A stretch of 64,000 bases of DNA from Proteromonas lacertae (taxonomy: Eukaryota). The notes under the pieces were generated by a model. That model had not been told where the DNA came from. It worked only from the letters and a program-made list of their open reading frames with translations, and ran no database searches. The stretch spans positions 1 through 64,000 of the forward strand of contig NGBS01000607.1 in assembly GCA_002245135.1 (NCBI GenBank). The letters run 5' to 3'. This document shows, piece by piece, positions 1 to 12,754 of this stretch (the stretch's first letter is position 1; every line of letters starts with the position of its first letter). Both the position numbers and the translations under genes were made by a program.

Positions 1-2474
1 TATTGGAATTGTTATAATTGGATTAGATCTGGATTTGACTAATGGAGGTAATTCAATTAATCATCTTCAGGAAGAATAAATTCATGATCTTTGATATTCG
101 TAATAAAAATTACATTTGCTAAATTCATTTTATCTTTTTTGACTTTGAATTATCTCTTTTATATACATATCCTTCTGGAATAAACACTTTTGATTGTATT
201 GGTTTTGGTTTTATAATTCTCTGTTTTTCTTTCTTAGTATTTTCTAATTCTTGAAGCTTTATTGAATATATTCTTTCAATTTCATTAATCTCCTTTTGAC
301 AATTATTAATATCATCTATTATGCCTCCAAAATCATTTCTTATTCCTTTTTGATATTTTTGGAATATGAAATATATGAATAATAATCATTTACAGAAGCA
401 AATAATTTTTTCATAAATATTTTATATATATCTTCTGTTAATCTACTCATTTCAACTTCATTTGCTTTTGTGCATTTCTTGGTATTGAAATACTTTGAAA
501 TTTTTAAGTAAGTGAACATTTTGATTAATAGGAAATATGTTTATATCTGAATCAAAATATGAATTATGTAGATTAATTCCATTATATCCATAATTATTAT
601 CAAATAAATATAATCTATAATCTTTATTTGAACTTCCAGATTTATTTCCACCTTTAAGTAAGAATGAATATTCATTAAACAATTCTTTATTAAAATCAGT
701 TGCAATCTAATCTCATTTTCTTTACAGAATTTTATCATATTTAACATCAAAGAACGAGAAAAAATAATCATTTTATTATCTGAATTAAATGGATGATATT
801 TATATTCAATTTCCACAGCACCATATTTCTTTGTTATTTCAACATTCACATCATAAGTTGATAATGGCAAAACAACATATAATTCTTTTCTTTCATTACT
901 TAAACCAAATTCATTCCTTATCCAATCTCCCCATCCTTCTTTAGAAGAAATATTATTTCATGATTTGTAAATCCCAATATAGAATCATCACCACAATGAA
1001 GTTTAAATTTGAAACTAGAATTCTTATTATATCTGAAAATAACAACTTTGAAATAAATAGAATCTGGTTCTATATTGTTTAATTTTGACTTGATAAAATC
1101 TGCTAAATTTGATTCATATGAATTAGTCTTTTCAATCATATGATTTATTGATTCATGATAATATAATGTCAAAATATAATTCTTAGCTTCTCTATTGATT
1201 CTATTGATCCATATTTCTTTTCAAATTCTTTATTATCTCTTTCAACAGCTTTTTTAGCATCTCTTTTTAATTTATCTTCCATTTGTTTATAATTATTTTC
1301 TAATTTGTTTTTATTATTCTTCAATTCATTATACTCTTTTTCTAATCTCTTTATCTTCTGATCTATTCCTTCTATTCCATTTTTATATTCATTTTGAAGA
1401 TATTCATCTGTTTTGGAATTATATCATCTATTGATTTTAGAATAGGATTTGTTTTAAAGAAATCTTTCAATGATATTTCACTCAATATTTCTAACACAAT
1501 ATCTGATAATTCATTGTGTAATAATGGACATATTAAAACTAATTTATCATGAAATGGCAGTGAAGAATTATATATTCCTTCATAGATATAAAACAAAGGT
1601 TCACTTTTCATATTATAATTTCTAATTTGATATTCATACTTTAAATCAGATGATGATACTATTGTTCCTGGTTCACATTTACTTGTGTAATTGTATGGTT
1701 CTAATGATAATATCTTATGTAAATCCAATTCTCTTTCATTTTCTTCTTCTACATATCTAATGATTCTCAATGCTTGTAATTCTAATTTATCTTCATAATA
1801 ATCTGTATTACATTTATCAATTATATGTGATAAATCATAATCAACTCTCCCATTGATAAATCTTTGTTTCGATTTAATCCATTCATTTCTAATAAAGTAT
1901 TTATGCACTATCTAATTGTTCTTGAGTTATTTTTCATGAATATAAAATGGAGCTTCTTTAATTATGGAATAATAATGATTCAAATCTACAGTTTTAGCAT
2001 AATAATTGATTCTAGCTGTCACATATATTTCTAAAGATTTTTTCATTACTTCAAAATTCTCAAAATCATGAATTAACTTATCTTTTGATATTTCTAATTC
2101 TCTCAATAATTCATAATATTGAACTATTGCTGATGCTGTATTTGACACTTCTAAAGCATATAAGAAATGACTACATTCTAAATATAATCTTGCATTATTA
2201 TCTTGAATTGATATAATCAATTATTGTATCTTTTATTTGTTTTATATCTTTAATAAATCATAAGCATCATCATCTATTCCTTCTATATTATTCTCTTCTT
2301 CAAAATCATTAACAAATTCACTCTTTATATTTGCTAATTCTCTTTTGATTTTGTTATAATTCCATTTGTCTTTGTCTTTTTCTTTTCATCTCTTATCATT
2401 GATATGCTTTTAAATCTTTCATTTCAGTATAAAATGATGAATATTCTTCAAAATATTTATCCATTCCATAGAAT
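1..2474 (-). CDS. Frameshifted C-terminal continuation of the giant pseudokinase-AAA gene (runs off the window); indel-broken by assembly error or decay
   Basis: About 1970-2495 aligns to the open copy at about 11525-12015 but carries several 1-nt indels (e.g. agtttttaaa vs agttttaaa). Consecutive same-strand ORF fragments at 1927-2220, 1372-1908, 918-1172, 541-870 and 458-682. Confidence 0.55.
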
Positions 2475-5400
2475 CTATTCAGTTTTTAAAGTTGTATCTT
2501 TCATTGTTTCATTAAATTCATCATATATTCTTTCAATATCATTAAATAATAAATCAGTCATTCCTGTGTTTTCTTTTGGTCTTCTTGATATATTTGATGA
2601 ATAACTTTTCAATAATCGAAGTGTTTTGTTTATTATATTCTCTATTACTTCTATTGGACCTAATTCATCTATCTTTTCAATTATATCACTAAACACATTT
2701 TGATATTTATTCCATTGAGAATCTTTATTATTCAATAATACTTTATCTTTACCTATTATATAACATAACAACAATTCATCTGAATCTTTTTTCAATTCAT
2801 AATATTCTTTTAATTTACATATTTCATTATCTTTGATATTAATCAAAGGGCATTTGTGCATTGACTTTAACTTTTCTGATGAAGATAGTTTGAAATATTT
2901 GAATAAAATCCATCTTTGAAGATTTGGATTACATTCAATTATTGTAGTATTTTTACCAAAATTCTTATTCACTGTTGAATATATCTGATAAAGTGGATAA
3001 TATAATAATGATGATGTGTAGTTAGAATTGATTATTTGGTATATTTGGGAATGTTCACTATTACTTCCTTTCCTGTTAAACATCAATATACTATCATTCA
3101 TTACTTGTTCTATCAAATCTTCAATTTTATCAACATTCTTATCTTTCAATCTTTTGATTAATATACTTATATTTGATGTATTAATTTCTGGAGGTTTTAC
3201 TAATATTGGGTATTTTGATTCTCTTCTCATATGAAATTCAAATTCATAACTTTCATCATTTGGATTATTCAAATATCTCAGTATATTTCTGAAATTGATT
3301 GGAATTTCTTTTCCAAAACATTTCACTTCATTTTCTCTCTCTTTTATATAACACAATTCTTGAGCAGATTCTATTGTGTTTAATGGATTAGCATATATCT
3401 CTATACAACGACTTAACAATGGAGCTGGAATTGTTGCTAGATTGGTTGTTGAAAAAGAGAAATAAATTCGGAAATTATCATGAATTCTATATTCAGCTTT
3501 GGGATTATCTCTTGTATATCTTATTTCTTCATCTCCATTTTCACCATTATATTCAGTTATTTTCAATTCTGGATTTTCTTCACATAATGAGTTTAATCTT
3601 TCCAAAATATCACCACTTGCTAGATTTATATCTTCTATTACTATCCAACATCCTTTTTCTATAGCTGTTAATAATGGACCTTTCTTAAATTCAAATGAAG
3701 TTTTCTTTTCTTCTCCACATGAAACTAATTCCATTCTACCTATTAATAAAGAACTTGTACTTTCACTATTCAATGGAACAACTATCAATGTCTGATTATA
3801 TAATTGTGCTAATCTTCTTAATACATAACTTTTGCCAGATGGAGATGGACCATATAATATCACTGCTCTTTTGGATATATATGATAAAGCTATTTTATAA
3901 GCTAAGGATTTTTCTGAGGTTGTAAATTGATTAAAATCAAATCCACAAGATTCTTTTGAGAATGGAATTGACCAAGGACCTGTTAATAATGTATTTTCTT
4001 CTTTACCTATCAGTTTTATATCCATCTTATTATTGATTGATAAAACTTTCTCAATTTCTTGAATATCATACTGATTGTATTTACATCCAAATGTCAACCA
4101 TAAAGCTGCTTTTATATCAGCTTTTATATTAAAACTTCTCCACACTTCTATTGCTTTGATTGGTTCTCTCAATGTAAATCCAATACCTATTTGTTTCCCG
4201 AGTCTTAAGGATTGTTCAAATAATTGATTGATTATTTGATTGAACTTTTCTATATCTTCAGCTCCATCTTCTGGATTTTCACTTTGCTTTAATATTTGTT
4301 TGCCTATTGTCAATAATTCAGATAATTGATATGATATATCATTATGGTATAAACTAATTGTTAATAAATTACTTGATAAAGAAGATCTGTTACTTGTCAT
4401 TGAAGCAGGATTTAAAGTACAAATTATATGAACTTTCTTTGGCAATTCTATTGTTCCATAACCATGAGCATCAAATGTTGTTTTATTCTTATCAGTACAA
4501 CATTTTATAAATGTGTAAAACTCATCCAAGACATCAGATGGAGCTAAATTCAATTCATCAAATAGAAATCCTATTTCTTCATCATCTTTATGATTTTCTA
4601 ATTCTGTTGTTATTATACCTGGTTTTCTTTCTTGATTTTGATCAGATCCAATTGTTAAACTACCAAATAATTCTTGAATTGTTATATTTGGTGATAAATT
4701 AAATCTGAATATTGGAATATCCAAAGCATTATAAACATGTTGAGCTGTTACTGATTTACCAACACCTGGATCACCTTCTAATATCACTGGTAAATTCGAT
4801 TGTATTCCCAATAATAATGTCAATATCATATGAACTGTGGTTGGAACTATATAAAATGATTCTTGAATATTCTTATTCAAATAATCTTGAATCTTATCAT
4901 ACACATCCATAAAATTAACACTAAATATTTCTTTCAATAATCCATCAACATCCAAATTCGCTGATACTTCTTCAGAATTCTTATTATCTAATTTGAATAG
5001 TCTTTGTAATGGTTGAGAAACAGATTTGGCTTTCTTAGATCTTAGTAATTCATATCTTGATTGATGATTTCTTGATATATAATCTAAATAAAACATTGAA
5101 TCAATTGGATTTCTAAAATACTTCTGTATTCTATTCTCTAATGTGTAAAAGTGTAATGAATATCTAATTATATCTTTACATAATGGAAATCTTCTGATTA
5201 ATTCTGTTTCTGTTGGATTTGGACAATAGATTGGCAAGAATAAAGATTTATCATTAATTCTATTAAAATCACTATCACTTATTACTCCTATCATCTTGGG
5301 TGGAACATAACTTCTTATATTCTTTATTTGATTCATTATATCTTCATAAACTGAATAAACATATTGATTGTCAATATTCTCCTGATATTTCATTGAACCT

Positions 5401-8400
5401 TTATATAATTCCAATAATCCTGTTATTCTGGGTAAAACAGATTCACTTATAAGATCAAAATGATTTAATATCAATGTTTCATCAGTTATAAAACTTGTCA
5501 TTATCAAACCAGGTTTGAAGAATAAACAAGATTCTTCATTATATTTCATTATTTCCTCCATATTATTCTTCCATTTAACAAATGAATTACTTGGATTTCC
5601 TTTATTGTAATTGTTATATGATGTTGCTATTTGATTCATTGTTGTTAATAACTCAGATGGACTGGAAATTAAAGTACTTCCTATCAAATAAGAAGAATCA
5701 TAAGATCTTGATAATTCGATAAATCTTCCATTATCTTCATATAAATCATTCATTAAAGACATTTGGAATGATTCACATGTGATATATAAAACTGGTGCTT
5801 GAAAATCACTTGATGATAATAACGATAATCGAAATAGACTTTCCAAATACCAATTATCTTGATTGTTAAACAATTCTTTTAATTCACATGTTGTTGATAT
5901 GTTATACTTTGATAGAGTATAATGATTCTTTTCTTTTGTGATTTGAATTTTACTTTTCAAAAATGTTTCTATTGTTACTTTTTTGATTATATCTTTGAAT
6001 ATTTCATCTAATAATGATATTTTACTTTCATCACAAAATAAACCAAGCAAATAAGGGAACTTATCTTTATATATTGATTTTAATGGAATTAAATAATGAA
6101 GTTGAGTCATTGAGAATAAATCATTTTCAAATATTTCTTTTGGTAAGTCAAATATCTTACTCTTTTCTTCATTAGTATATTCTTTTATTTCAAAACTTGG
6201 ACAATAACAAGGTATTGATTGAGTTGGTTTTTTATCACCAGATGTTGTGAAATTGAATATCACTCTGAAGGATGGATGTATTTTGAAGGTTTTATTCATA
6301 TATTCAAATTCATTAGTGGTTGGATCAATAAATGTTTCAAACAATTGTAATATATCACTTGATAATAAATGAGAATGTTCAATCACCAATACTACACCTT
6401 CTTCCATTGCAGATATAACTACACCTCGATGAAATTCTCTATCATCTGTGAAAAATCCTAACAATTGATCAATTTCAGTTTCTGGAGAGATATATAATGC
6501 TAGAGATTTTATTGGATTATAACTTCCATTCAATAGTTGTTCTATTAAATAACTTTTACCACTTTCTTTATGTCCAAATAAAGCTATTGATCTGTGTGTG
6601 ATTAATGATATTAATATTTCACTTAATAACTCTCTTCTTTCTTCAACTCCTTCAAATAATCCTTCATAACATTCTAAATATCTTGAGGGTTCTTCATAAT
6701 ATTTTGTTAATTCATTTATATGTTTCTTTGTTTCTTCTTTGAAGAATGATTCACAGAAAGTTTTTATCATCTCTTTTTTATTTTCATCACTTTCTTCAAA
6801 TGCATTTTCTATTTTTTCATCTGGTAAAGTAACTAATATAAATCTATTAATCAAAGCAGGAGAGAATTTCATTAAACCATTTTTTGAAACACTTGCAATT
6901 ATTCTGAAATTTGGATGAATATCAATTTCTGGTTCTTCAATTCTTTCATCAAATCTCACTTTCTGTTTACATCCATCATTTGGTATTATTTCTAACAAAG
7001 AATTCAATCTTTCGATTGAATTAGATTTCATATTATCTAATGATTGAAGAAAACAAGTTTCTCCATTGATTATACTTTTTACTAAAGGAGAATCATGCCA
7101 TTTTGGGGCTATTTTAATATCATTTCCACTTTCTTCATTATTATTATTTCCTTCTAATTGAAACATTCCAACCAAATTCTCAGTTGTTGTTCCACTTGTA
7201 CATCTTATAATATTGAGTTTTTCATTATCATGAATAGATTGGAGATATGATAATACATACTTTCTAGCTGTAAATTCATTCTCACTACATAATAAAATAT
7301 GACAACCTGATTTAAATATTGCTTTTATGTATTGACAAAGATTATTCCAAATAGTTTCATTCAATGGAAATAAAGTAGATTTACTAATTTCAAATGGTTT
7401 AGATAAATTCAGTTTATTTGTTGGTAATATATCGCCATAAACAATCTCTGTAGCTATTTTTGAAGAACATTTAGCTGATGTTATTAGAGTATTTGCTCTA
7501 ATACAATCTCTCAATGTATAAACTCTATCTGGATGATTGGCTAATGCATTTTGATGAGAATTTAAAATATCATTCACATTACTTTTTGAGATTTTTCCAA
7601 TTGATTCTAATATCTTGTTTAATTCTTCTCTTGTTATTTCTGGGAAGAATCTTGAATCAATATATCTGAATCTAGACATCATTGTTTCATCAATTTTGGT
7701 TCTTTTGTATATTGAAGCAGCTTGATTTTGAGTTGCTATTATTCTGAAACTTGGATTCATATCATATTTTGTATAACCACTTCCTATTGAATCAACATAT
7801 AATTCATGAGAATCTAAAACATTCATTATTGCTTGAACTACTTCAGCATTTGTTAATGACAATTCATCCAATAATATCACTTTTCCTTCAATAAAAGCTT
7901 CAGAAAATGGACCTAATTGGAATATTGGAGTTGATTTACCATCTATTGTTTTTATTATCACATTTCCTATCAATTCATCAATTATTGATGATGGACTGAA
8001 ATTATATCGAATTAACGGAATTTGACCATTCATACACACTTGCTCAACAGTGAATGTTTTGGCACTTGAAGTTTTACCTTCAACTAATAATGGAGTATTC
8101 TTTTCTATTCCATCTTCTATGATTTTCATTCTTTTTAATGCATTTTCAGTTAATACAGCTTGAGATCTTTTATTTATAGCTGTTACATCTCTATATGGTT
8201 CACAGATTATTTTCTTTCCTGTATCTTCATCAATTACTTCCAATGATTCATCTGGAGAATGAATAATCATTATATCAGTATGACAAGTAACAGATTTATT
8301 TCTTAATAATGGAAAACGATAGGATTTTTCTTTACATTCACATATTTGATAGAAATATATCTTTTCAGGAATAATGTTATTATCACTTCTTGTTTCTAAT

Positions 8401-10821
8401 AACGGTAATGTGAAATTGTTTCTTTTATTTTCTTGTCTATATTGAAAACCAATCTTAGAATCTTTTACTACATAATCTAATCCACAAATTAATGTTGATG
8501 GTAAAGATGAATATACTTTTCCTTCATTATTCTTAATGTATAAATTATCCAATAAAATACAATCAATTTCTTTAGTATCATTATATTGAATCAAAATAGA
8601 ACGCTTCACAAATGGATGATAATGAATTACATCTTCAATGGTAAAACCTGTTTTTATATTTAGTATCTTGTCAAATTTATATTCTATTTCAAGTTTTTCT
8701 TCATTATCAGAATCTGAGCAATATGAACTATCAGAATCTGAATCAGGATTCATAGCTCTTCTTCTTCTCATTCCTTTCTTGTGTTTATTTTCAGTTGGTA
8801 TATTACCATTATTATCTTCAGGTTTATTATCAACTATATGCTGTTGTTCTTCACTTATCGAAGATGGAAGGGGAGGATTTGAATTATCAAATGTTGGAGG
8901 AGGTGGTGGTAGTGGATTTACACCAAATGCTGGAGGAAATTGTTGAGGATTTACATCATATGGTGGTGGAGGTGGAAAAGGTTGATTAACACCAACATTA
9001 GGTGGTATAGTAGGATGAGGTTGTTGTGAATTTGTAGGAACAGGGGGAGGTGGATTTGGATATTGATAATTTGATTGAGGAGGTATAACATTTGAAGGAT
9101 TTTGATAAGCTGTTACAGGTTGTTGGTTATTGATATAAGGATACTGGTTTGTATAATTAGTTTCTCCATTATATTGATGAGATGTATTATTCGAATAATT
9201 ATAATTGTTATTACAGGAATGAAGTGGAGAGAAATTCTTCGAATTATTATAAAAGGATAAAAATTCTTCGAATATTTTTCTCATTCCTTTAAATCTATTC
9301 AGTTTGTATATTGGATCTTTCATTGTTTCATTAAATTCATCATATATTCTTTCAATATCATTAAATAATAAATCAGTCATTCCTGTGTTTTCTTTTGGTC
9401 TTCTTGATATATTTGATGAATAACTTTTCAATAATCGAAGTGTTTTGTTTATTATATTCTCTATTACTTCTATTGGACCTAATTCATCTATCTTTTCAAT
9501 TATATCACTAAACACATTTTGATATTTATTCCATTGAGAATCTTTATTATTCAATAATACTTTATCTTTACCTATTATATAACATAACAACAATTCATCT
9601 GAATCTTTTTTCAATTCATAATATTCTTTTAATTTACATATTTCATTATCTTTGATATTAATCAAAGGGCATTTGTGCATTGACTTTAACTTTTCTGATG
9701 AAGATAGTTTGAAATATTTGAATAAAATCCATCTTTGAAGATTTGGATTACATTCAATTATTGTAGTATTTTTACCAAAATTTTTATTCACTGTTGAATA
9801 TATCTGATATAGAGGATAATACAATAATGATGATGTGTAGTTGAAATTGATTGTCTGAAGTAATAATTCCATTTCATCTTTATTATACTGTGAAATATTT
9901 TCATGTACTATTTCTACTATTAAGTTTTCTATTTTCCCTTCATCTGATTTTAGTTTTTCAATCAATTCATATAAACAATTATTTATTAGAAACAACGGAT
10001 GAGTTTCTTGCACCAAAAGATGAGGAGTTGTAGTAATCTCTTTCAATATTTCTATAGCATCTATAATATCAATTCTATTTTCTCTTTCTTTTATTAGAAT
10101 TCTATTTATCAAGTTATTTATTTCTTTACTGAAATCTCCTCCAAATTTTTTATATTTACACTTCATAATGTTATTCATTGTTTCAAAAACATTATTACCT
10201 TCAAATGCATTAGTTTTACTTATTATATAATAACTAATACAACCAATTGACCAAATATCACTTTCTTTACTTATCTCTTTGTTTTCTAATACTTCAGGTG
10301 ATACATAAAATACATCATCATTATTATTTGCAACTACTCTCTTAAATAACTCAAGCTTACAATAATCACTCAAATAATAATGACTACCTTTGTCTATAAG
10401 GATATTGGAGGGTTTAATATTACCATGAATAATATCATTGGAATGTAAAATACTTAAACCAGTGTATATGCCTTTTAATACATCAAATACATTAACATCT
10501 TCAAAAAATGTCACAATATTGACTTTATCTAATGATAATTCGTATTTCTTCATAGCGAATAACAAATATTCTGAATCATTTTTTATATAATCATATTTAA
10601 CTATATTTGTAGAGTATAGTTCATTAATTATCTCAAGCTTTGATTTATATTGATTTATACACTCTTGTTGTATTTCTTGAATATTATATACTTTTAACAT
10701 TTTTTTTGAATGATTCTGAACATTATCAACAATATACGTATTTGAATATCTTGAACTGGGTATTTCTTTCAAAATCTATAGAGATTTATTATTGAAGGAA
10801 TACTTTATAATAATATTGCAT
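2475..10821 (-). CDS. Giant protein: N-terminal protein kinase-like domain (probable pseudokinase), helical module, Pro-rich linker, six tandem midasin/dynein-related AAA+ modules, second copy of the helical module
   Basis: Kinase motifs IIHGNIKPSNIL, YVSPE, SDIWSIG. Walker A-like GKTSSAKT, GHKESGKS, GDPGVGKS, GPSPSGKS; Walker B ILLDE, FLFDE, IVIED; midasin-type ERLNSLLE/ERLNSLCE and FRIIATQN. Likely 28-nt intron at 10776-10803 gives the start MQYYYKILKEI; further upstream exons are possible. Confidence 0.8.
2496..3033. repeat. Direct repeat copy A (about 540 bp, near-identical to copy B)
   Basis: Matches 9315-9852 with only a handful of substitutions near one end; offset 6819 bp. Confidence 0.95.
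9315..9852. repeat. Direct repeat copy B
   Basis: Encodes the same NYTSSLLYYPLYQ...FNETMKD peptide as 2496-3033. Confidence 0.95.
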
Positions 10822-11379
10822 TAATGAGATAAACCTATAATTATTTGATGGATCATTAACCTTTAATTGTAGATTAGAAGCTGTTTTTATGAATTTGTTT
10901 TCTTTTGGTGCTAATAAAGCATTTGGATGTATTACATTTTCTCCCATGTTTTGTTTGATATGATGCATTTCAGTGGAAATCTTTTCAACGAGTATTTGAC
11001 AATTTGGTACTAAATAGCTGCTGATTGGGTATTCGCATTGTAAAATTGATATTCCTCTTATATCATAGATTTTAAGTAAATTTTTATTCTCTTTTATAAA
11101 GTTCTAAGAAATAGTTCATAAAACAATACAGCCACCTCTTCATACAACACATTACAGTTATCATAAGAATTCAAGTTTATACTACCTATTAAATATCCAT
11201 TATATATCAAATTCACACTAAAACTCATTCAATTTAAATCTATTTTGAAAGATTACTTTTCATTTTAAATTTCATTTTTTGTGATATTAAAAAATAACTA
11301 ATAAGGAGTTATTATGATATTAAATGTAAGTCATTCGATATATTAGATTATAATTTATGTTAAAAATCCAATACGAAGT

Positions 11380-12478
11380 TAATTACTCTTCATCTTCTTC
11401 ATAATCTACACAACACTTATCAGTTACATGAGATACATCACAAATCATGTTGCCATTATCATTTTTTATCTTCTTGAGTAATGTTTCTACAAATACCAAA
11501 TAATCCTCTTCTTATTTTTATATAATAATGATTGAAACTACCATTCTTTGCATAATAATTGATTCTAGCTGTCACATATATTTCTAAAGATTCTTTCATT
11601 ACTTCAAAATTCTGAAAATCATTAATTAACCTATCTTTTGATATTTCTAATGCTGTATTTGATACTCCTTATGCATATAAGAAATGACTACATTCTAAAT
11701 ACAATCTTGCTTCTTTATCTTGAATTTGATGATAATCGATTATTGTGTCTTTTATTTGTTTTATATCTTTTAATAAATCATAAGCATCATCATCTATTCC
11801 TTCTATATTGTTTTCTTCTTCAAAATCCATTTCAAATCCACTCTTTATTTTTGCTAATTCTCTTTTGATTTTGTTATAATTCATTTGTCTTTGTCTTTTC
11901 TTTTCATCTCTTATCATTGATAATGCTTTTAAATCTTTCATTTCAGTATAAAATGATGAATATTCTTCAAAATATTTATCCATTCCATAGAATCTATTCA
12001 GTTTTAAAGTTGTATCTTTCATTGTTTCATTAAATTCATCATATATTCTTTCAATATCATTAAATAATAAATCAGTCATTCCTGTGTTTTCTTTTGGTCT
12101 TCTTGATATATTTGATGAATAACTTTTCAATAATCGAAGTGTTTTGTTTATTATATTCTCTATTACTTCTATTGGACCTAATTCATCTATCTTTTCAATT
12201 ATATCACTAAACACATTTTGATATTTATTCCATTGAGAATCTTTATTATTCAATAATACTTTATCTTTACCTATTATATAACATAACAACAATTCATCTG
12301 AAGGCTTATTACATTCATAATATTCTTTTAATCTACATATTTCATTGTTTTTTATATCAGTCAAAGGATGGTTGCTGAGTAATCTCAGTTGATCAGCACT
12401 GAAAGATTTAAACAAATAAGATATTATCGAAAATATTTTTTCTTTTGGTTCTGATGTATAATTATCACTTAAACTCAT
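11380..12478 (-). pseudogene. Truncated or decayed third copy of the helical module of the giant AAA gene
   Basis: About 11525-12301 is highly similar to about 1970-2783. Premature TAA at 11669 where the other copy has TTA (Leu), a 36-nt in-frame deletion (SAIVQYYELLRE), and in-frame homology continuing past the stop. Confidence 0.7.
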
Positions 12479-12754
12479 CGTTGTGTAGAAATTGCAGTAT
12501 TTACATACACTTTTACTTACTCTTTTTACATAAAAAAGAATAATGAAAATTAAGCATACATTTCATTCGATAATTCATTAATTTGATAAATTCATATTCA
12601 TTTTCATTCATTTTTTTATAATGAAAATTATATTCGTTACTACATATCAAATCATTTTTTCTATTCAAACCAAAGATTATAATGAAATAATATATATATA
12701 TATAATATAGATTATAAAATCAAATAAGTAATATTAGATTAGATTTTAATTATC

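Noticed and set aside
2496..9852. LTR retrotransposon or composite transposon interpretation of the direct repeats
   Set aside because: The repeats are in-frame coding sequence; there are no TG...CA ends, primer-binding site or target-site duplication, and no RT, integrase or transposase motifs.
9130..10410. Additional RTATCCTT matches as U12 donors (about 9140 and 10400; also 19150, 22030, 24847, 24941, 56295)
   Set aside because: They lie within uninterrupted coding sequence or on the non-coding strand, with no frame break that requires an intron.
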